This document shows positions 31,293-41,860 of a stretch of 64,000 nt of DNA, piece by piece (within the stretch, counting starts at the first letter, position 1; every line of letters starts with the position of its first letter). The notes below the pieces were generated by a model. It was not told where the DNA came from and did not search any database. It saw only the letters and a program-made list of their open reading frames with translations. Origin of the DNA: Vulcanimicrobiota bacterium (GTDB lineage Bacteria > Vulcanimicrobiota > Vulcanimicrobiia > Eremiobacterales > Eremiobacteraceae); the NCBI GenBank assembly GCA_963812135.1, contig CAWETU010000001.1, positions 608,001-672,000 of the forward strand, in the 5' to 3' direction. The translations under genes were made by a program, and so were the position numbers.

Positions 31293-32088
31293 TTACGAGC
31301 CGGTGAATTTGGGGCGGCGCTTGCCGAGGAATGCGTTGACGCCTTCTTGGGCATCCTTGCTGGCGAAGATCTTGCCGACGGCCTCAGCTTCGGCTTTGAA
31401 ACCGGCCGCCATACCTTCCTCGAGGCCGATGTTGGTCGCTTCTTTGATATAACGCATGGATAAGCGGCGCGCCCATCGCGAGTTTGCGCGCGAGATTGCG
31501 CGCCTGTGTCACGACTTCGTTGTCGGGCACGACTTTGTTGACCAGGCCATAGCGTTGCGCGTCGTCGGCTTTGACGAAGTCGCCGGTGAGCATCATCTCG
31601 AGCGCGCGGCCCTTGCCGACCACCCGCGGCAGGCGCTGCGTGCCGCCCCAGCCGGGGATGATGCCGAGGTTGACTTCGGGCTGGCCGAGCTTGGCGCTCT
31701 CGGCCGCGATGCGGATGTCGCACGCCAGCGCGAGCTCGTTGCCGCCGCCGGCGCAGACGCCGTTGATCGCCGCGATCACGGGTTTGGGGAAGTGCTCGAT
31801 CGTGTTGAACAATTGGTGGCCGCGCTGCACGGATGCCAGCGCGCTCGCTTCGTCCAATCCGACGAACTCGGTGATGTCGGCGCCGCCGACGAAGACGTAC
31901 TGCCCCGCACCGGTGATCACGACCGCGCGAGCGTTCGCGTCGTTCTCGAGCGCATTGAACGCCGCGAGCAGCTCTTCGATCGTCGCTTTGGAAAGCGCGT
32001 TGGCAGGTGGCCGGTTGATCGTGATGAGCGCGACGCCGCCTTGGACGTCGAGCAGGATGTTGGAGTAGGTCGCGGTGGCTTGCGTCAT
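31293..32088 (-). CDS. Enoyl-CoA hydratase (frameshift near 31460)
   Basis: GGADI, GGGNELALACD, PEVNLGIIPGWGGTQRL; C-terminus EGVNAFLGKRRPKF in the shifted frame. Confidence 0.88.
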
Positions 32089-32089
32089 C

Positions 32090-32407
32090 CTACGAATACT
32101 CCAAGAAGCCGCGGCCGCTCTTCTTGCCCAGCGCGCCTTTGGCGACGAGCTGTTCGAGCGTCGCGCTCGGTTTGTAGTTGTCGCCGTACTTGGCGTGCAG
32201 TCGACGCAGATTCTCGAGGACCGTGTCCAGCCCGATCGTGTCTGCCTGCTCGAGCGGCCCGGTCGCAAAGCCCGCGCCGGCGCGCATCGCGAGATCGATG
32301 TCTTTGGCGCTGGCGATGTTTTCGTCCAGCAAGCGGCCCGCCTCGGCGATCGCCGCGTAGGTGAACCGCTCGACGAGGGCGCTCTCTTTGTCTTGTGCGA
32401 TTGCCAT
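32090..32407 (-). CDS. Stand-alone 3-hydroxyacyl-CoA dehydrogenase C-terminal domain
   Basis: DIDLAMRAGAG..GPLEQADTIGLD, GALGKKSGRGF. Confidence 0.85.
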   Translation of the reverse strand: MAIAQDKESALVERFTYAAIAEAGRLLDENIASAKDIDLAMRAGAGFATGPLEQADTIGLDTVLENLRRLHAKYGDNYKPSATLEQLVAKGALGKKSGRGFLEYS

Positions 32408-32412
32408 GACGC

Positions 32413-33273
32413 TTAGCCCTCCGCCTTCGTGTGCGTGTAAAAGCCTTTGCCGGTCTTGACGCCGAGATTGCCCGCGGCGACCAGCTGCTTCAATTCGGGC
32501 GGCGCGGCAAAGCGCGGGCCGTAGGCCTTCTCAAGCGTGCTCGCGACATCGGCTGCGATGTCGAGCCCCAGCATGTCGCCGAGCAAGAACGGACCCATCG
32601 GCACGCCGCCGCGCTGCACGACGATCTTGTCGACCGTCTCGTGATCGACGCCCAGCTCCTCGCGCGCTTTGATGATCTCCACCATCGACGCCATGAGGAT
32701 GCGGTTCACGACGAAGCCGGCGCACTCTTTGACCTTGACCGGGATCTTGCGCAGCTCTTCCGCGAACGACACGGCGGTGTCCATCGTGTCTTTGCTCGTC
32801 TGCTGGCCCGCGACGACTTCGATCAGCTTCATGACGGACGCCGGATTGAAGAAGTGGAAACCGACGACCTGGCCCGGCCGCTTGGTGGCGGCGCCGAGCG
32901 CGGTGATCGACAGGGCCGACGTGTTGCTCGCGAGGATCGCGGTGCTCTGACACACCTTGTCGAGCTCGGCGAAGACCGCTTGCTTCACCGGTAGCTTTTC
33001 GGGGACGGCTTCGATGACGAAGTCGACGTCGCCGAACTCGTCGTAGGTGAGCGTCGGCGTGATGAGCGCCATCTTTTCGTCCATCTCGGATTGCGTGAGC
33101 TTGCCGGCCTTGACGCGCCGTTCGTAGACGGCACGCGCCGTCGCGATGCCGTGGTCGAGCGCTTTTTGATCGACGTCTTTGAGCAGCACTGGCAAGCCGG
33201 CCCACGAGATGACTTGCGCGATCTCGCCGCCCATGGCTCCGGCGCCGACGACGGCGCACTTGAAGATGTACAT
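32413..33273 (-). CDS. 3-hydroxyacyl-CoA dehydrogenase
   Basis: GAGAMG, IEAVPE, ASNTS, HFFNP, GFVVNR. Confidence 0.92.
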   Translation of the reverse strand: MYIFKCAVVGAGAMGGEIAQVISWAGLPVLLKDVDQKALDHGIATARAVYERRVKAGKLTQSEMDEKMALITPTLTYDEFGDVDFVIEAVPEKLPVKQAVFAELDKVCQSTAILASNTSALSITALGAATKRPGQVVGFHFFNPASVMKLIEVVAGQQTSKDTMDTAVSFAEELRKIPVKVKECAGFVVNRILMASMVEIIKAREELGVDHETVDKIVVQRGGVPMGPFLLGDMLGLDIAADVASTLEKAYGPRFAAPPELKQLVAAGNLGVKTGKGFYTHTKAEG

Positions 33274-33277
33274 TAGA

Positions 33278-34486
33278 CTATGCTGCCTCCGTGTTCTCGA
33301 TGACGAGCGAACCGCCCTGACCGCCGCCGATGCACATCGTGACGAGGCCGTAGCGTTTGGCAGAGCGGCGCATTTCGAAGACGAGCGTCGTGGTGAGGCG
33401 CGCGCCGGTCGCGCCGATCGGATGGCCGAGTGCGATGGCGCCGCCGTTGACGTTCACGATGCTGCGATCGAGCTCCATGATCTTCTCGCACGCCAGGTAT
33501 TGGGCGGCAAAGGCTTCGTTGAACTCGATCAGCTGGATGTCGTCGAGCGTGATGCCTGCGCGCTGCAATGCTTTGGGCGTGGCGACGGTCGGACCCAGGC
33601 CCATCGTCTTTGGATCGCAACCGGCGAACGCATACGCGCGGATCGCGGCGAGCGGCTTGAGCCCGAGCTGCTGCGCCTTGGCGTAGCTGGCGACGACGAG
33701 CGCCGCGCCGCCGTCATTGATCGGACACGAGTTGCCCGGCGTGACCGTGCCGCCTTTTTTGAACACCGCGGGATACAGCGCGAGCTTTTGCACCGACAAA
33801 CCGGCCTGCGGGCCTTCGTCCTTGGCGACGGTCTCCGGTTCGCCGTGCTTCTTGGGCACTTGCACGTGGACGATCTCGTCGTTGAACTTGCCCATGCGCT
33901 GCGCGCGGAACGCCTTGTTGTGGCTCTCGACCGCGAGCTGATCCTGTTGCTCGCGCGTGATGCCGAATTCTTCGGCGAGCACTTCGGCCGTGGCGCCCAT
34001 GAGCATGCCGGTGTGATGGTCCGTGAGGCCGGTCCAGATCGGGTCGAGCATCTCGGTCGGGCGCAGCCGCGCGCCCCAACGCGCCGATGGGATCATGTAC
34101 GGCGCCATCGACTGGTTCTCGGTGCCGCCGACGAGATAGATGTCGCCGTCGCCGCTGGCGATGGCTTGCACCGCATTGGCGATCGACTGCGCGCCGCTCG
34201 CGCAATTGCGCTGCACGCTGTACGCGGGCGTGCCGATCGGGATGCCCACTTCGAGCGAGATCTGGCGCGCGATGTTCGCGAACTCGATCGGCTGGCCGCC
34301 GCTGCCGAAGATCACTTCGTCGATGTCGTCGAGCTTGACGCCCGAGCGCTCGATCGCGGTTTTCGCGGCCGCAGTGCCGAGCTGCAGCGCGTCGTATTCT
34401 CGATAGGCGCCGCCGAAGTTGCCGACGGGCGTGCGAACCGCGCTGAGGATGACCGCGTCGCGGTCTTTGAGACTTCCGTTTTTCAC
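33278..34486 (-). CDS. Thiolase (acetyl-CoA C-acyltransferase)
   Basis: NCASG, NEAF, GHPIGATG, CIGGGQG. Confidence 0.93.
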   Translation of the reverse strand: MKNGSLKDRDAVILSAVRTPVGNFGGAYREYDALQLGTAAAKTAIERSGVKLDDIDEVIFGSGGQPIEFANIARQISLEVGIPIGTPAYSVQRNCASGAQSIANAVQAIASGDGDIYLVGGTENQSMAPYMIPSARWGARLRPTEMLDPIWTGLTDHHTGMLMGATAEVLAEEFGITREQQDQLAVESHNKAFRAQRMGKFNDEIVHVQVPKKHGEPETVAKDEGPQAGLSVQKLALYPAVFKKGGTVTPGNSCPINDGGAALVVASYAKAQQLGLKPLAAIRAYAFAGCDPKTMGLGPTVATPKALQRAGITLDDIQLIEFNEAFAAQYLACEKIMELDRSIVNVNGGAIALGHPIGATGARLTTTLVFEMRRSAKRYGLVTMCIGGGQGGSLVIENTEAA

Positions 34487-34944
34487 GATGCTGACTCCGA
34501 GGCGGCCGCGCGCACTTTGCGCCGGCGCGCCGCTTTTGCCGGGGGAGAGTTGAGCACTTCGCTGCGCAGTCGCAGCATAGCTTCAATGAGCGCGTCCAGG
34601 TGCGGGCGCGTGCGGATCTTGATCTGCTCGTAGCGGTCCATCCCCGCGCGCGTGATGCGATAGATGCGCCGGCTGCGACGGTCGGGGTGTTCCCATGTCC
34701 CGATGACGAAGCCGCGCTCCTCGAGGCGGCGCAGCAGCGGATACATCGTGTTCGGATTGACCGGCATGACCGAGCCGGTCATGCGGTCGATGCGCTCCAT
34801 GAGGCCGTAGCCGTGGTCGGGGCCCTTGGAGAGCAGATGCAAGATGAGCAGCGGCACGATCGTTTTGGTCTTGACCGGGCCGCGGAAAATGGCGGAGCCG
34901 AACACCGCGTCCTGGACCGGGACAGTATTACTTTTAATAATCAT
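34483..34944 (-). CDS. PadR family transcriptional regulator
   Basis: HGYGL, TMYPLLRRLE, RRIYRIT. Confidence 0.88.
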   Translation of the reverse strand: MIIKSNTVPVQDAVFGSAIFRGPVKTKTIVPLLILHLLSKGPDHGYGLMERIDRMTGSVMPVNPNTMYPLLRRLEERGFVIGTWEHPDRRSRRIYRITRAGMDRYEQIKIRTRPHLDALIEAMLRLRSEVLNSPPAKAARRRKVRAAASESAS

Positions 34945-34990
34945 ACAAATAGAATGATACGAGTATAGCCTCGAGGGTCGACCCGGTCAA
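34940..34990 (-). promoter_or_regulatory. sigma70 promoter of the padR-acyl-CoA operon with possible operator
   Basis: Minus strand TTGACC(34990-34985)-17 bp-TATACT(34967-34962); ATCAT-N9-ATGAT inverted repeat at 34940-34958. Confidence 0.65.
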
Positions 34991-35009
34991 GAGCGAACAG
35001 CGATTCGAT

Positions 35010-36524
35010 ATGCTCGACAAGATCCGCGACGCTCCGCCATGGAAGCCGACGCGGCCGTGGTTAGACTGGCAAGCGGAACGCAACGCGCGCCTGCACCGCC
35101 ATATCAACGAGCAGCTGTATCCATATAGCCCGTTCTATCGCCGGCTCTTCGACGCCAACAAAATAGACCCGAAGAGCATCCGTACGGTCGATGACTTGCG
35201 CCGCATTCCGTTCACGACCAAGACCGACATCGCGCCGACCGCCGACAACGCGACCCGCCATCTCGACCTCGTGCTGCAGCCGGATCTTGAGAAGATCCGG
35301 CGCTTCGCGCCGAAGACCAAGCTGATCGAACTGGCGCTCACACGGCTGCTGCGCGGGGCCGACGCGGCGACGCACAAAGTGCGCGGCGAGTATGGCCCGG
35401 TGATGCTCTTTTTCACGACGGGCCGCACGGCGCTGCCGACGCAATTCATCGTGACGGACAGCGACATGGAGCGGCTGTTCCTCGCCGGCCGCCGGCTGAC
35501 AGATGTGGTCGGCATCAGCGAAGGGGGGCGCTCGCTCGACGTCTTCCCATACGCGCCGCATCTCGCATTTTGGCAGACGTACGCCGTCGGCGTGGGTGGC
35601 AGCTCGCTGATGTTGCACACCGGCGGCGGCAAAGTGCTCGGCACCGCCGGTAACATCACGGCGTTGATGCGCATGCAGCCGAACGTGCTCATCGGCGTGC
35701 CCGGCTACGTGTATCATATGTTGCGCCAAGCGATGGCGGACGGCCTCAAGCTTGAGAAATTGGAATGCATCGCGCTCGGCGCCGAACGAGTGCCCGGTCC
35801 CTTACGCGCTCGTTTGGGCGACATGTGCGCGCACATGGGCCGACCCGGCGTGCGCGTGCATAGCATCTACGGATTTACCGAAGCGCGTCTCGCGTGGGGT
35901 GAGTGTCCGCCTCCCGACTACGTGACCTCGTACGGCTTTCACACCTATCCGGATATGGATCTCTTCGAGACCGTCAACCCAGAGACCGGCGAACCGGTTG
36001 GACCCGGCGAGCGGGGCGAACTCGTGTACACCGGGCTTGGCGGTCGCGGCTCGTGCGTGCTGCGCTACCGCACCGGCGATATCTCTGAGTGGGGTCTAGT
36101 CTACGATCCGTGTCCGGGATGCGGGCGGATCGTGCCACGCATCTCGACGACGCTGTCGCGGCGCAGCGACATGGGCGAGTTGAACCTGACCAAGATACGC
36201 GGCACGCTCGTCGACTTGAACAATTTCTTGCCGGCGATGGCGGGCATCCCCGAGGTGATCGAGTGGCAGCTCATCGTCAAGAAACACAACGACGATCCGA
36301 ACGACCTGGATGAGCTCGATCTGTACATCGCGATCGCGCCGCACGTCGACCACACCGCGATCAAAGAGATCGTGGCTCACAAGGTGCTCAACGACACGGA
36401 AGTATCGCCCAACCGGATCGAGGTACTACCGCTGCAGCAACTCGAGGAGCGACTCGGTCTCGACACGCAAATGAAGGAGCTTCGTATTCGCGACCTCCGG
36501 GGCCATGGGAAAGCGGTGAACTAA
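35010..36524 (+). CDS. Phenylacetate-CoA ligase-like AMP-binding protein
   Basis: IPFTTK, IYGFTEA, GELVYT, LRYRTGD; atypical P-loop FTTGRT. Confidence 0.8.
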   Translation: MLDKIRDAPPWKPTRPWLDWQAERNARLHRHINEQLYPYSPFYRRLFDANKIDPKSIRTVDDLRRIPFTTKTDIAPTADNATRHLDLVLQPDLEKIRRFAPKTKLIELALTRLLRGADAATHKVRGEYGPVMLFFTTGRTALPTQFIVTDSDMERLFLAGRRLTDVVGISEGGRSLDVFPYAPHLAFWQTYAVGVGGSSLMLHTGGGKVLGTAGNITALMRMQPNVLIGVPGYVYHMLRQAMADGLKLEKLECIALGAERVPGPLRARLGDMCAHMGRPGVRVHSIYGFTEARLAWGECPPPDYVTSYGFHTYPDMDLFETVNPETGEPVGPGERGELVYTGLGGRGSCVLRYRTGDISEWGLVYDPCPGCGRIVPRISTTLSRRSDMGELNLTKIRGTLVDLNNFLPAMAGIPEVIEWQLIVKKHNDDPNDLDELDLYIAIAPHVDHTAIKEIVAHKVLNDTEVSPNRIEVLPLQQLEERLGLDTQMKELRIRDLRGHGKAVN

Positions 36525-36633
36525 TGGCGAGGAAAAAGTAAACGAAGAAAACGAAAAAGAGACCCAAGCCGTCGCGTAAGAAAAACGCATCATCGCCCGC
36601 GAATCTGGCCGGACCGCAATACTCACCCTGGGC

Positions 36634-37248
36634 GTGGCCCAAAGGCTAGCGAGCATTGATCTGATCGGCGCCTTTCTCCCCGAATACGACGTGAGGTCGC
36701 GTCATTCGATCGATATCGGCGCGGACGTCGCGCGCGTCTATGAATGTCTCAAGACCGCGGATATCAACGGGTCGGCGGTGATCAGAACACTTTTTGCGAT
36801 ACGAGGGATCGGAAGCCGCGCGTTATTCAAACAGCCTGAGCGGCGCCCCATCACGCTTGAGACGCTGACGCAAAACAGCTTTGTCGTGCTCGCCGAGCAG
36901 CCCGGCGATGAGATCGTGCTCGGCTTGATCGGCCGCCCGTGCGCGCCTCGCTACGAAGTGCGCCAATTCGACCCGAGCGAATTCGCGTCATTCGCGCAAC
37001 CCGGGTTTGCGAAGATCGCCTGGAGCTTCAAGCTCGACGCTCGCGCCGACGGCGTTCGGCTCTCGACGCAGACGCGCGTGAAATGATCGGATCGCGCTAG
37101 TCTAAGGAAATTCCGATTGTATTGGACTTTCACCGCACCGTTCAGCGGACTCGTGCGGACGGAGATGTTGCGTTTGATCCGTGGGTGTGCACGACGCGCA
37201 ACAGAGCACGGAGTAGCCGCTTGTACGTCGAACGACCAGACTTCATGA
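36634..37248 (+). CDS. DUF2867-like protein with in-frame TGA at 37084 (Sec codon or nonsense)
   Basis: Family-like text continues past the TGA: TQTRVK*SDRASLRKFRLYWTFTAPFSGLVRTEML. Confidence 0.6.
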
Positions 37249-37290
37249 AGCGGGTACCGTTCGTCGAGCCCCGCTAGGAAGGTTGTCGCC

Positions 37291-37716
37291 ATGCAACGCT
37301 CAGTATCGAGGAAACTGTTCTTTGCTCTGTTCGCGGGTGCAGTAGGCGCCGGCGTCGCGACGGAAGCGCAGGCCGCAAACGCTTCGACCAGCACGATCCA
37401 AAATGTGAAGTTCACATTGCCGCCGCCGCCGCCGCCGCCCAAGCATACGTTCGTACCGCTATCTCCGTTCAAGCAACTCATCGTGAACCCAATCACCCCC
37501 AAAGGCCCCGACCTGCAAGCGCAAATCAACCAGCTGAACTCCCAAGTTCAAACACTTCAATCGAATATGATGAACGTTTGGAGCAATGAGAATGCCATCT
37601 GGGTCAATTTCAATGACCTTGGAACCAAATTCTACAAGCACTTCCACACGTACGAGTGGTATAACACTCAGGCTGGGCAGTGGCAAACGTGGGGTTCATG
37701 GGGTCCGGAATGGTGA
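37291..37716 (+). CDS. Secreted hypothetical protein
   Basis: AGGAAGG RBS, Tat-like signal SRKLFF, poly-Pro, coiled segment, Trp-rich end. Confidence 0.7.
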   Translation: MQRSVSRKLFFALFAGAVGAGVATEAQAANASTSTIQNVKFTLPPPPPPPKHTFVPLSPFKQLIVNPITPKGPDLQAQINQLNSQVQTLQSNMMNVWSNENAIWVNFNDLGTKFYKHFHTYEWYNTQAGQWQTWGSWGPEW

Positions 37717-37748
37717 AACGGCTCTAACCCGCGGACGCATCGCGAGAA

Positions 37749-37776
37749 TCAAGTGCGGGCGCCGATATGCCGAAAA
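37749..37776 (+). promoter_or_regulatory. sigma28-like promoter
   Basis: TCAAG-N15-GCCGAAAA upstream of the NHL lipoprotein gene. Confidence 0.45.
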
Positions 37777-37800
37777 CCCTCCTAAGAGAGGAAGGTTCTA

Positions 37801-38772
37801 ATGCGTCCGTTTCATCTTCGCGTCAGCTTTTCGATGATCGCCGCGACCGCGCTGACCGCGGCTCTCGCGGCGTGCAGCGGTTCGTCCACAACTCCGTCTG
37901 GACCGACGCCCCCGCCCGCGTTGACCACCATTTATATCGCCAATCGCAACGCGGCAAGTGTGGTCGAATTTCCAATCAGCGGCAACGGGAATATCTCGCC
38001 ATCGGCCACGATCAGCGGTGCGAACACGCTGCTCGGGCAGCCGGATGCGATCGCCGTTGACAGCAATGGTCTCGTGTACGTCATCAACGACGGCGCGAGC
38101 AACATTATGATTTTCAACGCCACCGGCAACGTTGCGCCGACGGCTCAAATCACCGGCGCAGCGACAGGCCTCGGGCCATCGGAAGGCGTGGGCGTGGATG
38201 CCGCCGGCAACATCTACGCGACGTCATACAGCGCGCAAACCCTGACGTCGTTTCCGCCAGGCTCTAATGGCAATGTCGCGTTCGCGCGCCAAGCGGTCGG
38301 CGCTGCGACCGGGCTCACGAATCCGACCCCATTCACGTTTTTCGGCGGCAACGCGTACGTGACGAACTCGAACACAAACACCGTGGTTGGGATCATCGCA
38401 ACGGCGAACGGCAATCAGGCGTTCACGAGTCTGCTCAGCGGCGCAAATACCGGTCTGAGCAGTCCGTTCGGCGTCGCGTTCGACGCGTCGGCGAATATGT
38501 ACGTCGCCAATGAAGGCGGCAACAGCGTGACCGTATACGCTCCGCCGTATAACGGCAACGTTGCGCCGATCCGGACAATTGTTGGCGCTGCCACGACGCT
38601 GAGCACGCCCGACGGCGTGGCGCTCGATGCCGCTGGCAATCTCTACGTTTGCAGTTACGCTGGGTCGGTCGCCGTATTCGCCCCAGGCGCCAACGGCAAC
38701 GTCGCTCCGATTCGGAACATCACAGGTGCCGCCACAACGCTGGCAGGGGCATCGGGAATAGCGCTGCACTAA
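37801..38772 (+). CDS. NHL-repeat beta-propeller lipoprotein
   Basis: LAAC lipobox; repeated GNVAP.R.I.GA.T.L..P.GVA.DA.GN.YV units. Confidence 0.85.
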   Translation: MRPFHLRVSFSMIAATALTAALAACSGSSTTPSGPTPPPALTTIYIANRNAASVVEFPISGNGNISPSATISGANTLLGQPDAIAVDSNGLVYVINDGASNIMIFNATGNVAPTAQITGAATGLGPSEGVGVDAAGNIYATSYSAQTLTSFPPGSNGNVAFARQAVGAATGLTNPTPFTFFGGNAYVTNSNTNTVVGIIATANGNQAFTSLLSGANTGLSSPFGVAFDASANMYVANEGGNSVTVYAPPYNGNVAPIRTIVGAATTLSTPDGVALDAAGNLYVCSYAGSVAVFAPGANGNVAPIRNITGAATTLAGASGIALH

Positions 38773-38804
38773 GAAAGCGAAACGAGCATGGGTACGCCGG
38801 GCGG

Positions 38805-40343
38805 TTAAAAGCCGCCCACGCCGTTTGGCGTGCCGTTGCCGCTCGGTCCGTCGAAGCCAGGACCCGCGTTGCAGATGAATGACGGACTGCACAAGCCATT
38901 GCTGCCTGACGTGATGTCGTGCAGTGCTCCGGGGTTGTTGTACGAGCTCATACCGTACGTTTGCGAGGCGCCGTTGCCGGCAAGCGCATAGACGCCTCCG
39001 ATGATCGGCGTGGCCGCGCTCGTTCCGCCGACCATGCAGCCATCCGCTGTGGGCGGAACGGGTCGTACACGGCGAGCGCGGCCAGTGCTCGGGATCTGCC
39101 ACCGCCGCAACATCGTTGTGACGATGCGCGTAGTACAACCGGCTATCTGAGAACCAAGAGCGGTCTGCCACGAAGGTTGTGTGATGATAGCGCTGCAACC
39201 ACTACCCGAACCCGGCCAAACCGTTTCAGACCACGTCCCAGGTCCGCCCGTCAACGTCGTTCCGCCAACGGAAGTGACGTACTGCGAGGTCGGTGGGAAG
39301 CTCGGTCCAGTCCCGCTGTCGCCGCTCGCAAAGGTTATCATGACGCCGGGGTGGTTGAAGTAGATTGAGTCATCCGACGTCTTCGCTCGAGTATTCCCCG
39401 CCGCCCCAACTATTGGAGATCACATTCGCGGCGCACGTCAGTGGCGGCGGTGTTCTCGGCGGTGTATAGAGCCTAGCCGCTGTTGTCATTAGCTTCGACC
39501 AGGATGATATCGCAATTCGGGCAAACGGCCGAAACCATATCGAGGTCGAGCGATATTTCCAGCGCCCAGCCGATTGTCAGGGCGACGGGTAACTCCCCGC
39601 GACGCCGTTCTGATTGACCTTGATGAAGCATCCGTTGGCAGTCGTGCACGCCGGCAAGTCCGAACGTCGACCGATAGGTCGCCATATCGGCTTCCGCGTT
39701 AGGATCATCGAAGGCGTCGACGATCGCGACGACTTGGCCGGTGCCGTTCGTGGCCGACGGGAGACTGTAGGCGGACTGAAGATCGAGCGGGACCATAGCC
39801 CGTGGGAGTTCTCGGCGCGAGATCCGTTCGGACCCATGACATGCAGCGCATCCGTCCGCGGCCCTCAGGGCAAACGCGTTGTGAAGGGCCACGTCCGACT
39901 CGGGCGGTGACTGCTGGTGCGTGCGCCGGTCTGAACGACATCAGACGCGCAAGCGCCCGCGTGACACGAATAGCCTTCGAACGTCATGCAATTTGCGACC
40001 GTGCCGGTCGGCGACGGCGTTGGCGTTGGAGTCGAGGTCGGCGTTGCCGTCGGCTTCGGGGTCGGCGTCGGAGTTGGAGTCGGCGTTGCCGTTGGTTTCG
40101 GAGTGGGCGTGTGGCGTCGGTTTCGGTGTGGGCGTCGGGGTGGGGGTCGCCGTGGCTACGGGAGTCGGCGTAGCTGTCGGCGCGGGAGTCCCCTTCGGGG
40201 TTGGAGTGCTGACGGGACCTTGAGGAACGACGTTCGGCAAAGAACCGCCGCCGCCACCGCCGCACGACGCGATAAGCGCCGCCAATGCGAACAGCTGCGG
40301 CAACAGAAATGCCTAACCGTGCAACGGCAAGACGCTTAGCCAT
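38805..40343 (-). pseudogene. S53/S8-like serine protease lipoprotein, copy 1 (many frameshifts)
   Basis: Fragments in several frames: lipobox plus PT linker, VAIVDAFD, EISLDLDM, ASGD, GGTSAATP. Confidence 0.75.
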
Positions 40344-40432
40344 CGAGCGCCTCATTCGTGGCAAACTCTTGGCAGCCTTCGAGGGCGTAAGCCACAGTAG
40401 TGAGCCACATCACTGATCGAGTCGAGGGCCGG

Positions 40433-41860
40433 CTAGAACCCGCCTATGCCGTTCGGAGTGCCCCACCCAGAGGGCGCGTCGAACCCAGCTCCCGCGTCGC
40501 AGATGAACGTGCCGGTATAGTCGGCCGTATAGATGCCGGTCGGCGTGCACGGCCCGTTGTTGCCACTCGTTATGTCGTTGAAGTTGCCGGTGTGGTGAGT
40601 GTAGATGTACGATCCGTCATTGATGGACGATCCGTTCTCCGCAAGCGCGTAAACGCCGGCGATGATCGGCGTCGACGCGCTAGTGCCGCCAACCACAATC
40701 CAGCCGCCTTGGCCGAAGGTATCATACACGGCGACGCCGGTGTTCGGATCCCCGACTGCCGACACATCGTTATCGACGCGGGTGCCGCAAGTGGTGATTT
40801 CCCCGGCGCTCAACGCGGCCGTCTGCCAGGCCGGTTGTCCCTCGTAAAAGCTACAAAGGCACTCCCGTGCCAAGGCTAAGACCGGGATGTAGTCATTCCA
40901 AACAGTTTCTGTCTGACTGGGTTGGCCGGCATTGGTTCAGGGTCGTGCCACCGACCGCGGTGACAAATTTACCCGCGGCTGGATAGCCCCCCGGATAATC
41001 GGTGTCTCCGCTTGCGAAAGTCATCGGGATACCGGTCCGTTTGAAGTGAGCCGTGTCGTCGGTGGTTTCCGTGCCGTATTCAGCACCACTCCAACTATTG
41101 GAAATCACGCTCGCTCCGCACAACGTCGCGGCGGTGTCTTCCGCGGCGTAGAGGTCCGTGTTGAGCGTTGCGTCAGTTGCTTCGACGAGCAAGATGTCGC
41201 ATCTCGGGCAGATCGCCGACGCCATGTCAAGATCGAGAGACATTTCTAGCGCCCATCCGGCGTCGTTGGGAGGGTATGAACCCGGAGACGCCAGCTTGAT
41301 TCACTTTTAAAAAGCATCCATTGGCCGTCGTGCATGGCGGTAGCGCGAACTGAGTTCGATAAACGCCTAGATCGGCTTCCGCGTTCGGGTTGTTAAACGC
41401 ATCCACAATCGCAATCACCTGTCCTGCGCCGCGCGTGCTCGCTGGGCCAGTCAGATTGTATGCGGCTTGCAGATCGGCAGGAGCGTATCCAGAGATCACG
41501 TTCGGGCTTTCGATGTCGGTGCGGATCCACGACATGCAGTGCATGTAGCCGGCGCCCACATTCGGGCAAACTCGCGACGCTGGGCCTGGCCCGATGCGTC
41601 GGGATATTGCCGGGCGACCTAGGCGCGCCACCGTTTGCAATCGCGCAAGGGCGCGGCTCATTCTATCCGCTCGCACGATCGCGCAGCTTACGATTCGCGG
41701 GGTCGGTGTTGGAGTCGGCGTTGGCGGCGGCGGGGTCGGCCCACCGCCTCCACCACCTCCAGCCTCCGCCGCCAGCTGCGCACGCAGCGATGAGGGCGGC
41801 GAGCGCCAAAGCGGCAGACGTGCGAATACCAAGTCGAACGACGGCGAAGCGCGTGTCCAT
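40433..41860 (-). pseudogene. S53/S8-like serine protease lipoprotein, copy 2 (several frameshifts)
   Basis: IAAC lipobox, IAIVDAFN, MSLDLDM, ASGD, GGTSASTP, GWGTPNG. Confidence 0.75.

Noticed and set aside
40010..40215. Repetitive GGCGTT/GGAGTC tract as CRISPR or tandem repeat element
   Set aside because: Encodes the Pro-Thr linker of the protease; no constant repeat-spacer structure and no cas genes
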